Positions 34,230 to 42,286 are shown, counted from the stretch's first letter. The stretch: 64,000 nucleotides of DNA from an uncultured Lentisphaeraceae bacterium (GCA_964386385.1 CAYLRN010000001.1:172706-236705), one strand, 5' to 3'. Numbers and translations: made by a program. Notes: generated by a model not told the origin, from the sequence alone.

Positions 34230-36407
34230 TCAAACCGCCGGAGCCTTGATCCATTCCTTCATCTCGGCCGACAGCGGGGAGACCGACTTGACGACCGCCT
34301 TGGAAACCTTGCCTTCGGCGTCGGGAAGCTCGATCTCGTCGCCGGCCTTTCTGCCGACCATGTTCTGCGCAAGCCGCGTATTGCAGGAGATGACGCCGAG
34401 GTCGAGATAGTTGTCCCATTCGCCGAGGACGGTGTACGTCCTCTCCTCGCCGGAAGCGGTCACGATGACAACCGTCGTGCCGGGGCAGACGGTCTCGGAG
34501 ACGACGTCCGCGAAGTCGACGGCCTTGACCTCGTTGAGCTGCTTCTGGAGTTCGTCCTGCTTCTGGTGGAGGACGCGCTCCTCGTCCTTCGCGTACTGGT
34601 ATTCCGCGTTTTCGCTCAAGTCGCCGTAGCTCTTCGCGAACTGGATGCGCTTCGTGTTCTCCGGGATGTCCTTCGTGACGAGCTTTTCGTATTCCGCCTG
34701 GCGTTCGGCGTAGGAGCGGAGCGACGTGATGCGTTCGACCGTCTTCGCCGCGGTCTTCTTGATCTGGCGGGCCGCGAGTTCGGGGACGATCTTCGTCATG
34801 CGCACGACGATCATGTGGTGCGTGGACGGGTCCCACGCGATCGACGCCTGGAAGCGCTCGAAGAAGAGGGCCTGGTCGGCCGGCTTCAGGCGCTTGAACA
34901 TGTCCTCAAGCCACTTCTGGTCCGCGAAAAGGCGGCGGATCGTGTTCTGCATCCGCAGCGTCTCGCCCGTCTGCCTGCCCTCGCCAAGCGCGATGGCGTG
35001 GGTCAGGATGACGACGAGCGGCGGCAGGGACTCCCATTCCACGAAGTCGTTGTACCTGCCGATTACGTACGTCACGAGGGGGGCGGGGGCGTGCGGGGAC
35101 TTCAGGAGGTCGGCGGCGGCGTGCTCGCAGACGGAATCCTTCTTGAACGTGTCCAGGGTGGCGCAGAGCAGGGAATACGTCATCACCGCCAGATTGTCGA
35201 AGAGCTTCTGCTTGCGCCCGGCGCGCTCCTCCTCCGTGGAACCCATGGAGAGGAACGTCACGAAGCGCACCATGTCGCGGGCGGGCAGAACGCGCGCCGC
35301 GTCGAGATAGCGGTCTTCCGTCCACATGTAGTTGCGCGCCTTGGCGATGGTCTCCGGGTCGAAGCCAAGCCCGTCAAGGCAGAACGCGATGCGCAGATAG
35401 AGCGAATCGTCCACGCCGCGGACGCCCTTGAGCGCATAGCGGAGACGCTCGGCGATGCAGGCCTTCTGCTCGTCGCCGAGCTTAGCGAAATGCGCCTTGG
35501 CGGACTGGAGCTCGGCGACGGACGCGAAGATGGACTTGGGGTCGCACTCCTTCGCGAACGCCGAGAACCAGGTGTCGCCGTACGTCTCCTCCGAGGCCTT
35601 GAGCACGATCGGCTCGGCCCGGCGCGTGGGAATCGCGACGCACTTGTTCGTGCGCAGCTCGGCGCGCGCCTTCTCCCAGAAGGATTTCCACTTCGCCGCC
35701 TTGTCGCCCCGGTTCCTGCCGTTGTCCGGAAGGAGGCGGGCGAAGCCGTACTGGTTCACCAGCTCCTCGAGGCGCGAGACGGGCATGTTGCCGAAGCTCT
35801 CCAGCATGGCGACGACGAATTCGCCCGGCTTCTCCTTCATCTGCGCCTTGATGCGGTCGGGGTCGCCCTTCAGCATCAGGAGTATGTGGCCGTCGGGCGC
35901 GATGGAAAGCGTCTCGCAGGCGGCGTCGTACGTGAACTGGTGTCCGGGGCGGGTGGGGAAGTCCACGCTCACGCGACGGTAGAAGTCGTCGATCCTCCTG
36001 ACCTGGCCAAGCCCCCAGGCGCGGCTGAGGACGTAGGCCCCCGGGCGGAAGGAGACAAGACGCTCCAGGCGCTTGACAGGCTCGTTGAGGTCGGGCCGGA
36101 CGTCGAAGCCCACCGCGTCAATGAACGAAAGAAGCGTCCTGTCCTTCGTCGTGCGCTTCAGGGCGTCCCTGACCCCGGCGCCGCTCAGGCAGGAGTTAAG
36201 CAGCCTGCCGCAGCCGGACACGGCCTTGAACGCGCCGTCGAAGTCGCCGGCCTCCCCCATCGCCGCAAGCAGCGCGGCGGCGTTCGCCTCCCCCTTGCTG
36301 GGAGGCAGACTGGAAATCAACTTGACGACCTCATCCACCGGACACGGCGTGACCGAAAGCTTCGTGCCAATCTCGGCTTCAATCTCCTCAACGGACTTCT
36401 TATCCAT
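34230..36407 (-). CDS. greA: Long-form GreA/GreB-family transcript cleavage factor (~725 aa, large N-terminal extension)
   Basis: The C-terminal ~150 aa is ...KRIQFAKSYGDLSENAEYQYAKDEERVLHQKQDELQKQL...PGTTVVIVTASGEERTYTVLGEWD...ISCNTRLAQNMVGRKAGDEIEL, which is canonical GreA. The start at ATG 36407 is supported by the promoter at 36442-36470, whose -10 element covers the alternative ATG at 36443. Confidence 0.8.
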   Translation of the reverse strand: MDKKSVEEIEAEIGTKLSVTPCPVDEVVKLISSLPPSKGEANAAALLAAMGEAGDFDGAFKAVSGCGRLLNSCLSGAGVRDALKRTTKDRTLLSFIDAVGFDVRPDLNEPVKRLERLVSFRPGAYVLSRAWGLGQVRRIDDFYRRVSVDFPTRPGHQFTYDAACETLSIAPDGHILLMLKGDPDRIKAQMKEKPGEFVVAMLESFGNMPVSRLEELVNQYGFARLLPDNGRNRGDKAAKWKSFWEKARAELRTNKCVAIPTRRAEPIVLKASEETYGDTWFSAFAKECDPKSIFASVAELQSAKAHFAKLGDEQKACIAERLRYALKGVRGVDDSLYLRIAFCLDGLGFDPETIAKARNYMWTEDRYLDAARVLPARDMVRFVTFLSMGSTEEERAGRKQKLFDNLAVMTYSLLCATLDTFKKDSVCEHAAADLLKSPHAPAPLVTYVIGRYNDFVEWESLPPLVVILTHAIALGEGRQTGETLRMQNTIRRLFADQKWLEDMFKRLKPADQALFFERFQASIAWDPSTHHMIVVRMTKIVPELAARQIKKTAAKTVERITSLRSYAERQAEYEKLVTKDIPENTKRIQFAKSYGDLSENAEYQYAKDEERVLHQKQDELQKQLNEVKAVDFADVVSETVCPGTTVVIVTASGEERTYTVLGEWDNYLDLGVISCNTRLAQNMVGRKAGDEIELPDAEGKVSKAVVKSVSPLSAEMKEWIKAPAV

Positions 36408-36441
36408 AACTGCCTTTTTCTGGTTGAAAAACGTAAGGGGC

Positions 36442-36470
36442 ATTTTATCAAATCCACTCCGCTTGTGCAA
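36442..36470 (-). promoter_or_regulatory. Promoter TTGCAC-N17-TAAAAT upstream of the long greA
   Basis: The minus strand reads TTGCACaagcggagtggatttgaTAAAAT. This leaves a leader of about 27 nt with the RBS AAAAAGG before ATG 36407. Confidence 0.55.
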
Positions 36471-36616
36471 CCTTGCAACGTCTTGGAGGCTTCCCGTTTT
36501 TTCACGGCCGGCAAGTCCATCTCGCGGCAACTCCCCGTTTCCGGCTTTCAGGGAGAGACAACCGCCCGCGGATTCAATGAAGCCCGTGGGTGATGGCGGC
36601 GCGGAAAATGAAGAGG

Positions 36617-36656
36617 GGCAGAACCACCGCATTTATATGAATGCGGTGGTTCTGCC
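36617..36656. terminator. Perfect 17-bp inverted repeat with a 6-nt loop (terminator or protein-binding palindrome)
   Basis: GGCAGAACCACCGCATT-TATATG-AATGCGGTGGTTCTGCC. It lies 117 nt downstream of the LamG gene stop (36773) and upstream of the greA promoter. No clean U-tract follows it on the minus strand (CCCCTCTTCATTTTCC). Confidence 0.5.
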
Positions 36657-36772
36657 GTTCGCTATGAATGCGGAGATTCGCCACTCAAGCCGTGCGGGAC
36701 GGCGAAAGGAAGTTCGCGTACTGAAGCCGCATGGTACGGCAAAAGCGCAGGAATGGCGACTGCGGATTCGCG

Positions 36773-39700
36773 TCACCTGAACTGGATGAGCGTTCCGAGA
36801 TGGAGCCAGCGCACCTCGTCGAGCACCGAGAAGCCGACGTCGCCGACGACCGAGAGGTCGTGCACGGCGTTCCCGTTCGCGACGCCATCGCGAAGGCCGT
36901 CCGAACCGGCGTCGAGCGGCCACCAGCCGAGCAGCCCAGACTCCGTGCCTTCCGGAGGACGTCCGCAGTGGCGGGCGACCTCGCCGGGCGTCAGCGCCCG
37001 GTCCCAGAGCGTGACCTGCGAGAGCGTTCCCTTGACCGAGAAGCCGCCTACGCAGTGTCCGCCGATGCGTAGGCTGTACCAGTCCGTGGCGGGATTGACG
37101 AAATTCTCCGCGCCGTCGGCGGAATCCACCAGCCGCCCGTCAAGGTAGAGCCGCGCCTCTGACCGGCCCAGGTCGTGCGTGAAGGCCAGCTGGTGCCAGC
37201 GGCCGGAATTGCGGACGGCGGAGGCGTCGAAGCCCAGCTCAAGCATGTTGTTGTCGAAGTCGCGCGTCTGGACACTGATCTTGAAGAACGAACTGTCCGT
37301 CCTGCTTGCGTTCGCGAAGCAGCAGAACCCCGGCGTCCTGTTGCCCAAGGCGCCCTTCGAGACGATTGCGCCGTAAAGTTCGTCGTCCAGCCCGCGCCCG
37401 CCGACGTCCAGGTCGCGAAACCACACGGTGAACGAGAAGTTCGTGAGCGACGGCCCCCACCCGGCGTTCAGGCAGGACGGCCCGTACGATCCCGTGAGAT
37501 GCGGAACGCCGGCCGAGCCGCCGGGGCCTGCAAGGAACGCCGCGCCCTCGGCGGAGGGATAAAACGCGCCGACGACGAGGTCGTACATCCCCGCCACGCC
37601 GTCGGCCTTGCGTTCGCATGGGATGAACTTGCGCGCGAGCGTCCCGTCCTGCCAGATCGCCGCGGCGTGGAGGCGTCCCCATCCAGACGCTTTCGGCCCA
37701 GCCTTCAGCAGGCTTATCTGCGCCGTGGACGTCCCCGTCATGGGATAGTCCAGCGCGGCAGACTTCGTTCCGTCCACGTAGAACGCGCCGCCCCTCGCGT
37801 CGAGCGTCAGGCGGGCCCGCGTGCCTGAAACGGCCACCACGGGCGACGACGGGGCGTTCCACCCCAGTGCGTCCTCAAGGCCGGCGTCCATGCAGCGGCT
37901 CACCCAGCGCATGTTGTTCAGCGACGTGAAGGCCTCGAAGAAAAACGCCCCGGCGGGAACGTCCGCCTCCGCGCAGTCGCGCGCGCCGACGACATGGCGG
38001 TTCAGGGTGGCGCTGACGTTGTACGGCGTGAAGTCGACCGTCGCCGTCGTCCCGGGCGTCGCGTACACGCACGTCGCTATGGACTGCGCGCCCGTGGCGA
38101 CGACGTAGTCGAGGGCCGCGTATCCGTCGGGAAGTTCCGAAACGTCGAGGTACGCGCCGCGCTCGAACGCATCCGAACCGGCGGCGTTCACGTGGAACGC
38201 GCCCGTGACGCGGTCGTACAGGCCCGCGGCGCCGTCCGTGATGCGCTCGAACGGCGCGAGGTCGCGCACAAGGACGTCTCCCTCGTAGATCTTCCAGCCG
38301 TAGACGCGAAGCCCGTAGTACGTGAACGGCGTGAGCAGTCCGTTCGCCGCGCACGACCCGCAGAGGGCAAGGGAGTTCACGGAGTGCGTAGTCGTCTTCA
38401 CGGCGGCATGCGTCGACTGGACGCCGAACGAGACCGCTCCGGAGGCGGCGTCCACCTCGAACGCGCCGCGGGACGTGCGGTTCTGGACGTCCCAGCTGTA
38501 GATGTCCGCCCCCGACGCATACGATCTGTCCATCCAGAGGAACAGCTGGTTGTCCTGAAAGTCGTAGCCGCCGAAGTTAACAGTCATGCAAACGACGCCG
38601 TCCGGCTCCGCGCAGCCGAAGAATGACGCGCCTTTGACGCCGTTGACAGGCTTGCGGTTTGCGGGGCTGCCGACGAACTGGATGTCGCCCGCAATGCGCG
38701 TGGAGGGATTGGGGCAGTAGCCCAGGTCGAAGCACTGCGTGCCGGTGGACGCGACGTACTCGACCGGGCGCAGCGCGCCGGCGGGCGTGACGGTGAACTC
38801 CTTCGTGACGGCCCATCCCGCGCGCTCGCCAAGGCCGGTCACGGTCACGGTGCCGGCACCAGGCGCGGCGTTGTCCGCATACGACAGTTCGTAGTCCGTC
38901 CCCTCCTCCAGCGGCAGTTCCGTGACGGGGTCGACTACGCGGGGCTTCGGACGGCACGGGTTCGCGCCGTCATACACCTGGTCCGGCACGGGGCGGACGA
39001 CGAACGAAGCGTTCTCTCCTAGGAAGCGGGCGCGGTCAAGCGTCGCGTTGCGGTCTCTCTCGTATGGCGTGAGGGCGCGGTCGTAGACCCGGATGGCGTG
39101 GACGCGGACGTCGGCGCGCGGGTTAGAGAAGAACGCGAACTTCGCCCCCCAGTCCTCGGAGTACGAATCCATCGCGAAGTCTGAGAGGGCGATGGCCTCG
39201 CCGTCGCAGAAGAAGGCGCTTGTAGCGGTGTTCGTGCCGTAGGTGAGGGAAAAGACGTGGACCTCCGCCGTCGTCATGTCCTCCGGCTGCCAGTGCCATA
39301 TCCGCCTCTTGGACGCGCTTTCGGGGAAGAAGGCGTAGAAGCCGTTGTCCTTGTCCCTGCGATAGCCGAAGCTTCCGCGCGGAGTGTCGGCAACCGTCTG
39401 CAGGTTGTAGTAGTTGTCGGAGAACTTCCAGGCGACGTTCTGCATGACGACCTCGACCGTGAACGCCCCGGCGTCGGGTCCTGTCGACAGACCCGCCAGG
39501 GCCGCCATCTCCGTCGTGTCCACGCCGGCCGTCTTGTCCGGCTTCGCGAGCGAGAGAAAGGCGTTCGCCTCGGCGGCGACAAGACTCGTGGCGGGAATGG
39601 CGAGGTCGTTGCCGTTCCCTGAAAGGTCTTTCCAGACCGTCGGCGAATCGGAGTGCGAGCGGACGCCGTCCACAATCGCGTTGTCTATGCCGTCCCAGTG

Positions 39701-39847
39701 CGCGACGAGGCCGTTCGTGACGTAGGCGTCCGACCCGAACTCGCCGGCGGAAGCCGCCGTCCCCAACGCAAGCGCCGCCATGAACGCCGCCACCGGACGC
39801 GCCATGCGCCCACTTCCCATCGACCTCGACCGATCTATCGATTTCAT
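36773..39847 (-). CDS. Giant secreted LamG-domain (concanavalin-A-like lectin) protein
   Basis: AAAGGAG RBS before ATG 39847. Signal-like N-terminus MKSIDRSRSMGSGRMARPVAAFMAALALGTAASA. N-terminal LamG-like start: LVAHWDGIDN...VWKDLSGNGNDL. C-terminal LamG: WHQLAFTHDLGRSEARLYLDGRLV...LSQVTLWDRALTPGEVARH. Confidence 0.8.
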   Translation of the reverse strand: MKSIDRSRSMGSGRMARPVAAFMAALALGTAASAGEFGSDAYVTNGLVAHWDGIDNAIVDGVRSHSDSPTVWKDLSGNGNDLAIPATSLVAAEANAFLSLAKPDKTAGVDTTEMAALAGLSTGPDAGAFTVEVVMQNVAWKFSDNYYNLQTVADTPRGSFGYRRDKDNGFYAFFPESASKRRIWHWQPEDMTTAEVHVFSLTYGTNTATSAFFCDGEAIALSDFAMDSYSEDWGAKFAFFSNPRADVRVHAIRVYDRALTPYERDRNATLDRARFLGENASFVVRPVPDQVYDGANPCRPKPRVVDPVTELPLEEGTDYELSYADNAAPGAGTVTVTGLGERAGWAVTKEFTVTPAGALRPVEYVASTGTQCFDLGYCPNPSTRIAGDIQFVGSPANRKPVNGVKGASFFGCAEPDGVVCMTVNFGGYDFQDNQLFLWMDRSYASGADIYSWDVQNRTSRGAFEVDAASGAVSFGVQSTHAAVKTTTHSVNSLALCGSCAANGLLTPFTYYGLRVYGWKIYEGDVLVRDLAPFERITDGAAGLYDRVTGAFHVNAAGSDAFERGAYLDVSELPDGYAALDYVVATGAQSIATCVYATPGTTATVDFTPYNVSATLNRHVVGARDCAEADVPAGAFFFEAFTSLNNMRWVSRCMDAGLEDALGWNAPSSPVVAVSGTRARLTLDARGGAFYVDGTKSAALDYPMTGTSTAQISLLKAGPKASGWGRLHAAAIWQDGTLARKFIPCERKADGVAGMYDLVVGAFYPSAEGAAFLAGPGGSAGVPHLTGSYGPSCLNAGWGPSLTNFSFTVWFRDLDVGGRGLDDELYGAIVSKGALGNRTPGFCCFANASRTDSSFFKISVQTRDFDNNMLELGFDASAVRNSGRWHQLAFTHDLGRSEARLYLDGRLVDSADGAENFVNPATDWYSLRIGGHCVGGFSVKGTLSQVTLWDRALTPGEVARHCGRPPEGTESGLLGWWPLDAGSDGLRDGVANGNAVHDLSVVGDVGFSVLDEVRWLHLGTLIQFR

Positions 39848-39932
39848 CCGCGTCTCCTTTCAGCGTGGAGGTGAAAGCGCCCGCCGCGCGCGGCGCAGCG
39901 CAACCAAAGACAACATTCGATTATTGCGGTGA

Positions 39933-39958
39933 ATTATATGCTTTTTTTTTCCTGTCAA
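39933..39958 (-). promoter_or_regulatory. Promoter-like TTGACA-N14-TATAAT with an A9 homopolymer in the spacer
   Basis: The minus strand reads cccaTTGACAgg(A)9gcaTATAATtc. The T9 run on the plus strand is at 39942-39950. It has the same architecture as 7626-7653 but the spacer is 2 nt shorter. Confidence 0.55.
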
Positions 39959-40019
39959 TGGCGCTGGCCGCTTTTATTTCGTCCGCCGGCGAAATAGGCA
40001 GCGGATTTCCGCGCCCATG

Positions 40020-40048
40020 TTGACGCGGGGAAAACGGCGTGGTAGAAT
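40020..40048 (+). promoter_or_regulatory. Promoter TTGACG-N17-(TGg)TAGAAT placed 7 nt before ATG 40056 (leaderless transcript predicted)
   Basis: TTGACG at 40020-40025, a 17-nt spacer, then TAGAAT at 40043-40048 preceded by TG. There is no room for an RBS before the ATG at 40056. Confidence 0.6.
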
Positions 40049-40055
40049 GGTCTGC

Positions 40056-42080
40056 ATGAATCGGCGACTGAAAATACCGTACGGCATAAAGGACTTCAAG
40101 CGGATACGCGAAGAAGGCTACTACTACGTCGACAAGACGGCGTACGTCCGGCGGATGGAGGAGCGCGACAGCTTCGTCTTCTTCGCGCGCCCCAGGCGCA
40201 TGGGCAAGTCCCTCTTCGTCGAGACGCTCCGCCGCTACTACGACGTCAACGAAAAGGGCAACTTCAGGAAGCTGTTCGGGGGGCTTGACATCGGCGAGAA
40301 CCCCACCGAGAACGCGAACAGGTACCAGGTGCTCGCGCTCGACTTTTCGCTGGTCGCCGCCAGTTCCGAGCGGACCCTCGAGCAGGCGTTCGACGCATAC
40401 ATGGACGTCTGCCTCGACCGATTCTTCGTCCGCTATCCGAACTGCTATCCGCCGGAGGACAGGCCGGCGTTCGCCGCGCTCACCCCGGAGGCGAAGTTCG
40501 CCTACCTCTCGCAGACCGCGAATGAGCGCGGAGCGCAGATCTATCTTGTCATCGACGAATACGACAACTTCACGAACACGATGCTGCGCAGCGAGGCGAA
40601 CAGGGACTACCGCGCCGTCACGCACGGCGCCGGGTTCTACCGCGGCTGGTTCAAGAAGTTCAAGGAGGCCTGCTCGCGCATATTCATGACAGGCGTCTCG
40701 CCCGTGACGATGGACGACCTCACGAGCGGCTTCAACATCGCCGCCAACCTCACCCAGCTCCCCGCGTTCAACGCGATGGCGGGCTTCTCCGAGGCCGAGG
40801 TCGTGAAGATGTACTCCGACTTCAAGGGCGTCGGCGAGTTCACGGACGGCGACCCCGCCGAAATCGTGAAGTCCATCAAGCCGTGGTACGACGGCTACTG
40901 CTTCTCGACGGCGAAGATAGGGAAGGAATGCGTGTTCAACAGCGACATGGCCCTCTACTACCTGAAGTCGCTCGTGGACGACGGACGGCCGCCGGAGAAC
41001 ATGGTGGACGCCAACGTCAGGACCGACTACGAGAAGCTGAAGATCATCGCCGAGATTCAAAGGCAGCACAGGTACTGCGCAGGGACAGGCTCCTGTGCGG
41101 TGCAGGACTCTGATGTCCAAGACGGCGCAATGGCTTCCGCGCCCGCTTCCGCAGCCGCAGGGCAGGCCACTGCGCCGGCAGCCGCACAGGCGCTTGCATC
41201 AGGGTTCCGCACCGCATCTGGCGCTGCGGTGGCGGATGCTTTCCATGTGCCTCCGCTGGCGCCTGCGGCGGCAGATGAGCCGGCCATTGCACCGTCTTTG
41301 CCATCAGAGTTCCGTACCACATCAGATGCCGCAGAAAACGCCGCGCTCGACAGCGTGGACGTGCTGCCGGTCACGGAGCGGCTGGCGGCGACCGGCGAAA
41401 TCTCCTTCGACCTCGTGGAGAGCTTCCCCGCGGACAGGATATCCGACCTCGCGAACTTCCACTCGCTCTTCCACTACTACGGCATCGTGTCGATGCAGGG
41501 AAGGCGCAGGGGGAGCACCGTGTTCCGCATCCCCAACGTCTGCGTCCGCCGCCAGCTCTTCGACTACCTCCGCGACACCTACCACAGGACGCGGGCTCCG
41601 GACTGGATCGAGTGGTCGCATCTCGCATCGGCTTTCGCCTACGACGGCGACTGGAAGCCGTTCCTCAGGCGCCTTGCGCGGGACTACGCGGAGACCACGC
41701 CCGTTCGCGGCGGCCTCCAGGGCGAGATCCGCGTACAGGGCTACATGCAGGCGGAGTTCGGACACCTCAAGTTCTATCTCCTCGCGCCGGAGATGGAGCT
41801 TTCCCGCGGCTTCTGCGACTTCTGCCTCTTCCCGGAGAGGGTCCACTACGGCGACGCCTCGCACAGCTATCTCATCGAACTGAAGTACGCGAAGGCTGAG
41901 GCCTCGGACGAGGACATGGCCGGTCTGGTCGCGGAGGCGAAGGCGCAGCTTGCGAAGTACCGCGCCGACCGCTCCGTCCCGTCCCTCGCGCGCGGCACGA
42001 CCCTGCACCAGATCGTCTACGTCTTCCGCGGGACGGTTCTGCATACTCTGGAGCAATTCAGTTGCGAACAAATGGCTTAA
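40056..42080 (+). CDS. AAA-ATPase-like / PD-(D/E)XK nuclease family protein (PDDEXK_9, DUF1703-type), paralog 1
   Basis: MNRRLKIPYGIKDFKRIREEGYYYVDKTAYVRRMEE..FVFFARPRRMGKSLFVETL...YLVIDEYDNF...IFMTGVSPVTMDDLTSGFNIA. The C-terminal nuclease-like part is FCDFCLFPER...SYLIELKYAK. It contains an in-frame Ala-rich insert of about 92 aa at 41070-41346 that is absent from paralog 2. Confidence 0.8.
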   Translation: MNRRLKIPYGIKDFKRIREEGYYYVDKTAYVRRMEERDSFVFFARPRRMGKSLFVETLRRYYDVNEKGNFRKLFGGLDIGENPTENANRYQVLALDFSLVAASSERTLEQAFDAYMDVCLDRFFVRYPNCYPPEDRPAFAALTPEAKFAYLSQTANERGAQIYLVIDEYDNFTNTMLRSEANRDYRAVTHGAGFYRGWFKKFKEACSRIFMTGVSPVTMDDLTSGFNIAANLTQLPAFNAMAGFSEAEVVKMYSDFKGVGEFTDGDPAEIVKSIKPWYDGYCFSTAKIGKECVFNSDMALYYLKSLVDDGRPPENMVDANVRTDYEKLKIIAEIQRQHRYCAGTGSCAVQDSDVQDGAMASAPASAAAGQATAPAAAQALASGFRTASGAAVADAFHVPPLAPAAADEPAIAPSLPSEFRTTSDAAENAALDSVDVLPVTERLAATGEISFDLVESFPADRISDLANFHSLFHYYGIVSMQGRRRGSTVFRIPNVCVRRQLFDYLRDTYHRTRAPDWIEWSHLASAFAYDGDWKPFLRRLARDYAETTPVRGGLQGEIRVQGYMQAEFGHLKFYLLAPEMELSRGFCDFCLFPERVHYGDASHSYLIELKYAKAEASDEDMAGLVAEAKAQLAKYRADRSVPSLARGTTLHQIVYVFRGTVLHTLEQFSCEQMA

Positions 42081-42178
42081 GTGTTTAAGCGTTCAAGTGG
42101 TTAAGTTTTTCCTGCGCTCCATGGCAGAACCTGGCACTCGCAAACTTGACCACTTGACGCTTGACCGCTAAATCTTGA
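42077..42178. repeat. 8-bp-periodic TTAAG/TCAAG array forming an imperfect inverted repeat
   Basis: The left arm is TTAAGtgt TTAAGcgt TCAAGtgg TTAAG at 42077-42105 and overlaps the TAA stop. After a 39-nt spacer, the right arm is CTTGAcca CTTGAcgc TTGAccgc...CTTGA at 42145-42178. The arms pair over about 19 bp with one bulge and one mismatch. Confidence 0.7.
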
Positions 42179-42207
42179 TCGACGCGCCCCATGTCAAAGA
42201 TAGGGGG

Positions 42208-42236
42208 TTGTCTTTTGCCGTTCTTTTTGCTAAAAT
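42208..42236 (+). promoter_or_regulatory. Promoter TTGTCT-N17-TAAAAT upstream of purM
   Basis: TTGTCT at 42208-42213 and TAAAAT at 42231-42236. The RBS AAGGAG at 42274-42279 precedes the GTG start at 42287. Confidence 0.5.
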
Positions 42237-42286
42237 GTCCGCAATTCCCCCATATTGGGGATTGAATGAACCAAGGAGAATGAACC

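Noticed and set aside
34566-36593. 675-aa plus-strand ORF
   Set aside because: It is antisense to the long greA gene, whose C-terminal GreA module is unmistakable. Its composition is shadow-like.
39921-41120. 399-aa minus-strand ORF, and the analogous 57102..58868 (588 aa)
   Set aside because: They are antisense shadows of the two PDDEXK_9 paralogs. The two shadow ORFs resemble each other only because the real genes on the other strand are paralogous.
41070-41346. Considered the paralog-1-specific insert as an intein or mobile-element insertion
   Set aside because: The insert is in frame, Ala/Pro-rich and of low complexity. It has no splicing or endonuclease motifs and no terminal repeats. 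It is more simply explained as a duplicated disordered linker.
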